64,000 bases of DNA from Adineta vaga (lineage: Eukaryota > Animalia > Rotifera). Each line of letters starts with the position of its first letter. Position 1 is the first letter of the stretch. Under the pieces are notes generated by a model, which made no database searches, was not told the DNA's origin, and saw only the letters and a list, made by a program, of their open reading frames with translations. The stretch spans positions 8,494,001-8,558,000 of the forward strand of contig CP075492.1 of the NCBI GenBank assembly GCA_021613535.1, given 5' to 3'. The translations under genes and the position numbers were made by a program. Shown here piece by piece: positions 63,217 to 64,000 of this stretch.

Positions 63217-64000
63217 ATGGCTCAAGTAGAAACAATCAACTATGAGACGACTATATTCACACTTAAACCAGATAATTTTGGTCCCAATAAAGCTACTTTA
63301 TTACATGCTCGAACGACGAATAATAATCAAGATCATTTCTATAAAGCCATTCTTTATTTACACGGATATAATGACTATTATTTTCAGTGAGTAATTCTCA
63401 TGTATCATTTTGAATTTCTTTTGAAAATTTAGTGATCATGTTTGTCAACAATTTCTTAATCATGGTTATGATTTTTATGCTCTTGATATGCATAAATGTG
63501 GACGATCAATTATTTCACCTGAACACGATGAATACAAACATTATTGTACTAATCTTCGAGAATATGATGAAGAAATTACGCTTGCTATTGAACATATGAT
63601 CAAACAAGCAGGAAATAAAGAAAGAAAATTATTACTTTTAGGACATTCAACAGGTTTACAACATCAAAAGTCAAATATTATTCGTTTTTCTTTTTGAATT
63701 TATTTATAGGAGGTTTAATTACTTCTTTATATGCATCAACAGGTGCTCGACGTGCTGATATCGATGCAGTGATATTAAATAGTCCTTATCTTAGTGCATT
63801 AAAGACAACATATCTTGAATCAATACTTACAGGTATTCTGATGAAATTAGGTCGATCACATACGATAGAAGACAATGGGTATGGACGATCAATCCATAAA
63901 TCTAGTCGAGGTGAATGGGATTTTGATTTAACGAAGAAACCAATTGATTATATAAGAATACATGGAACATTTCTATCTGCTGTACGAATCGTTCAAGATG
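63217..64000 (+). CDS. Alpha/beta hydrolase (Hydrolase_4/lysophospholipase-like), 3' end outside window
   Basis: AILYLHGYNDYYFH, GYDFYALDMHKCGRS, nucleophile elbow GHSTGGL (split by an intron) and VILNSPYL. Confidence 0.85.

Noticed and set aside
1-64000. CRISPR arrays, tRNA/rRNA genes, transposase or reverse transcriptase ORFs, and bacterial contamination
   Set aside because: No repeat-spacer array, cloverleaf, rRNA or mobile-element motifs were recognised by eye. The bacterial-like genes carry spliceosomal introns and are contiguous with metazoan genes.

Overview
AT-rich (about 70% by eye), gene-dense eukaryotic DNA with many ~50-60 nt GT-AG introns. It mixes core metazoan genes with intron-containing, non-metazoan-type enzymes, which suggests a bdelloid rotifer (inference only). 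About 24 protein-coding genes can be reconstructed. In order: three tandem xylellain-like C1A proteases, an LRR protein, a nuclear receptor, TBC1D24, TM9SF2, a polyQ histidine phosphatase, a GH32 invertase, two inverted CRP/MLP LIM genes flanking a six-intron DUF72 gene, a TGF-beta type I receptor, a CAP-Gly coiled-coil protein, a U-box-Rab fusion, a Ly6/EGF mosaic protein, an ankyrin protein, PDP1, UBE2V, RCOR, RETREG, NAXE, an HSDL1-like gene, COG8, a mucin and a partial alpha/beta hydrolase. Main observations: (1) a tandemly duplicated, structured, TATA-driven candidate noncoding RNA (24.8-27.2 kb) that matches no family I recognise; (2) six same-strand housekeeping genes with 47-234 bp spacers and acceptors just before the ATGs, resembling a trans-spliced operon; (3) a U-box-Rab fusion with a Q-to-M change in G3; (4) a Cys-to-Ser pseudoprotease whose catalytic codon is split by an intron; (5) a 251 bp identical tract, including an intron, between the inverted LIM paralogs; (6) a frameshift in one repeat exon of the CAP-Gly gene. 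All gene models were spliced by eye and no database searches were run.
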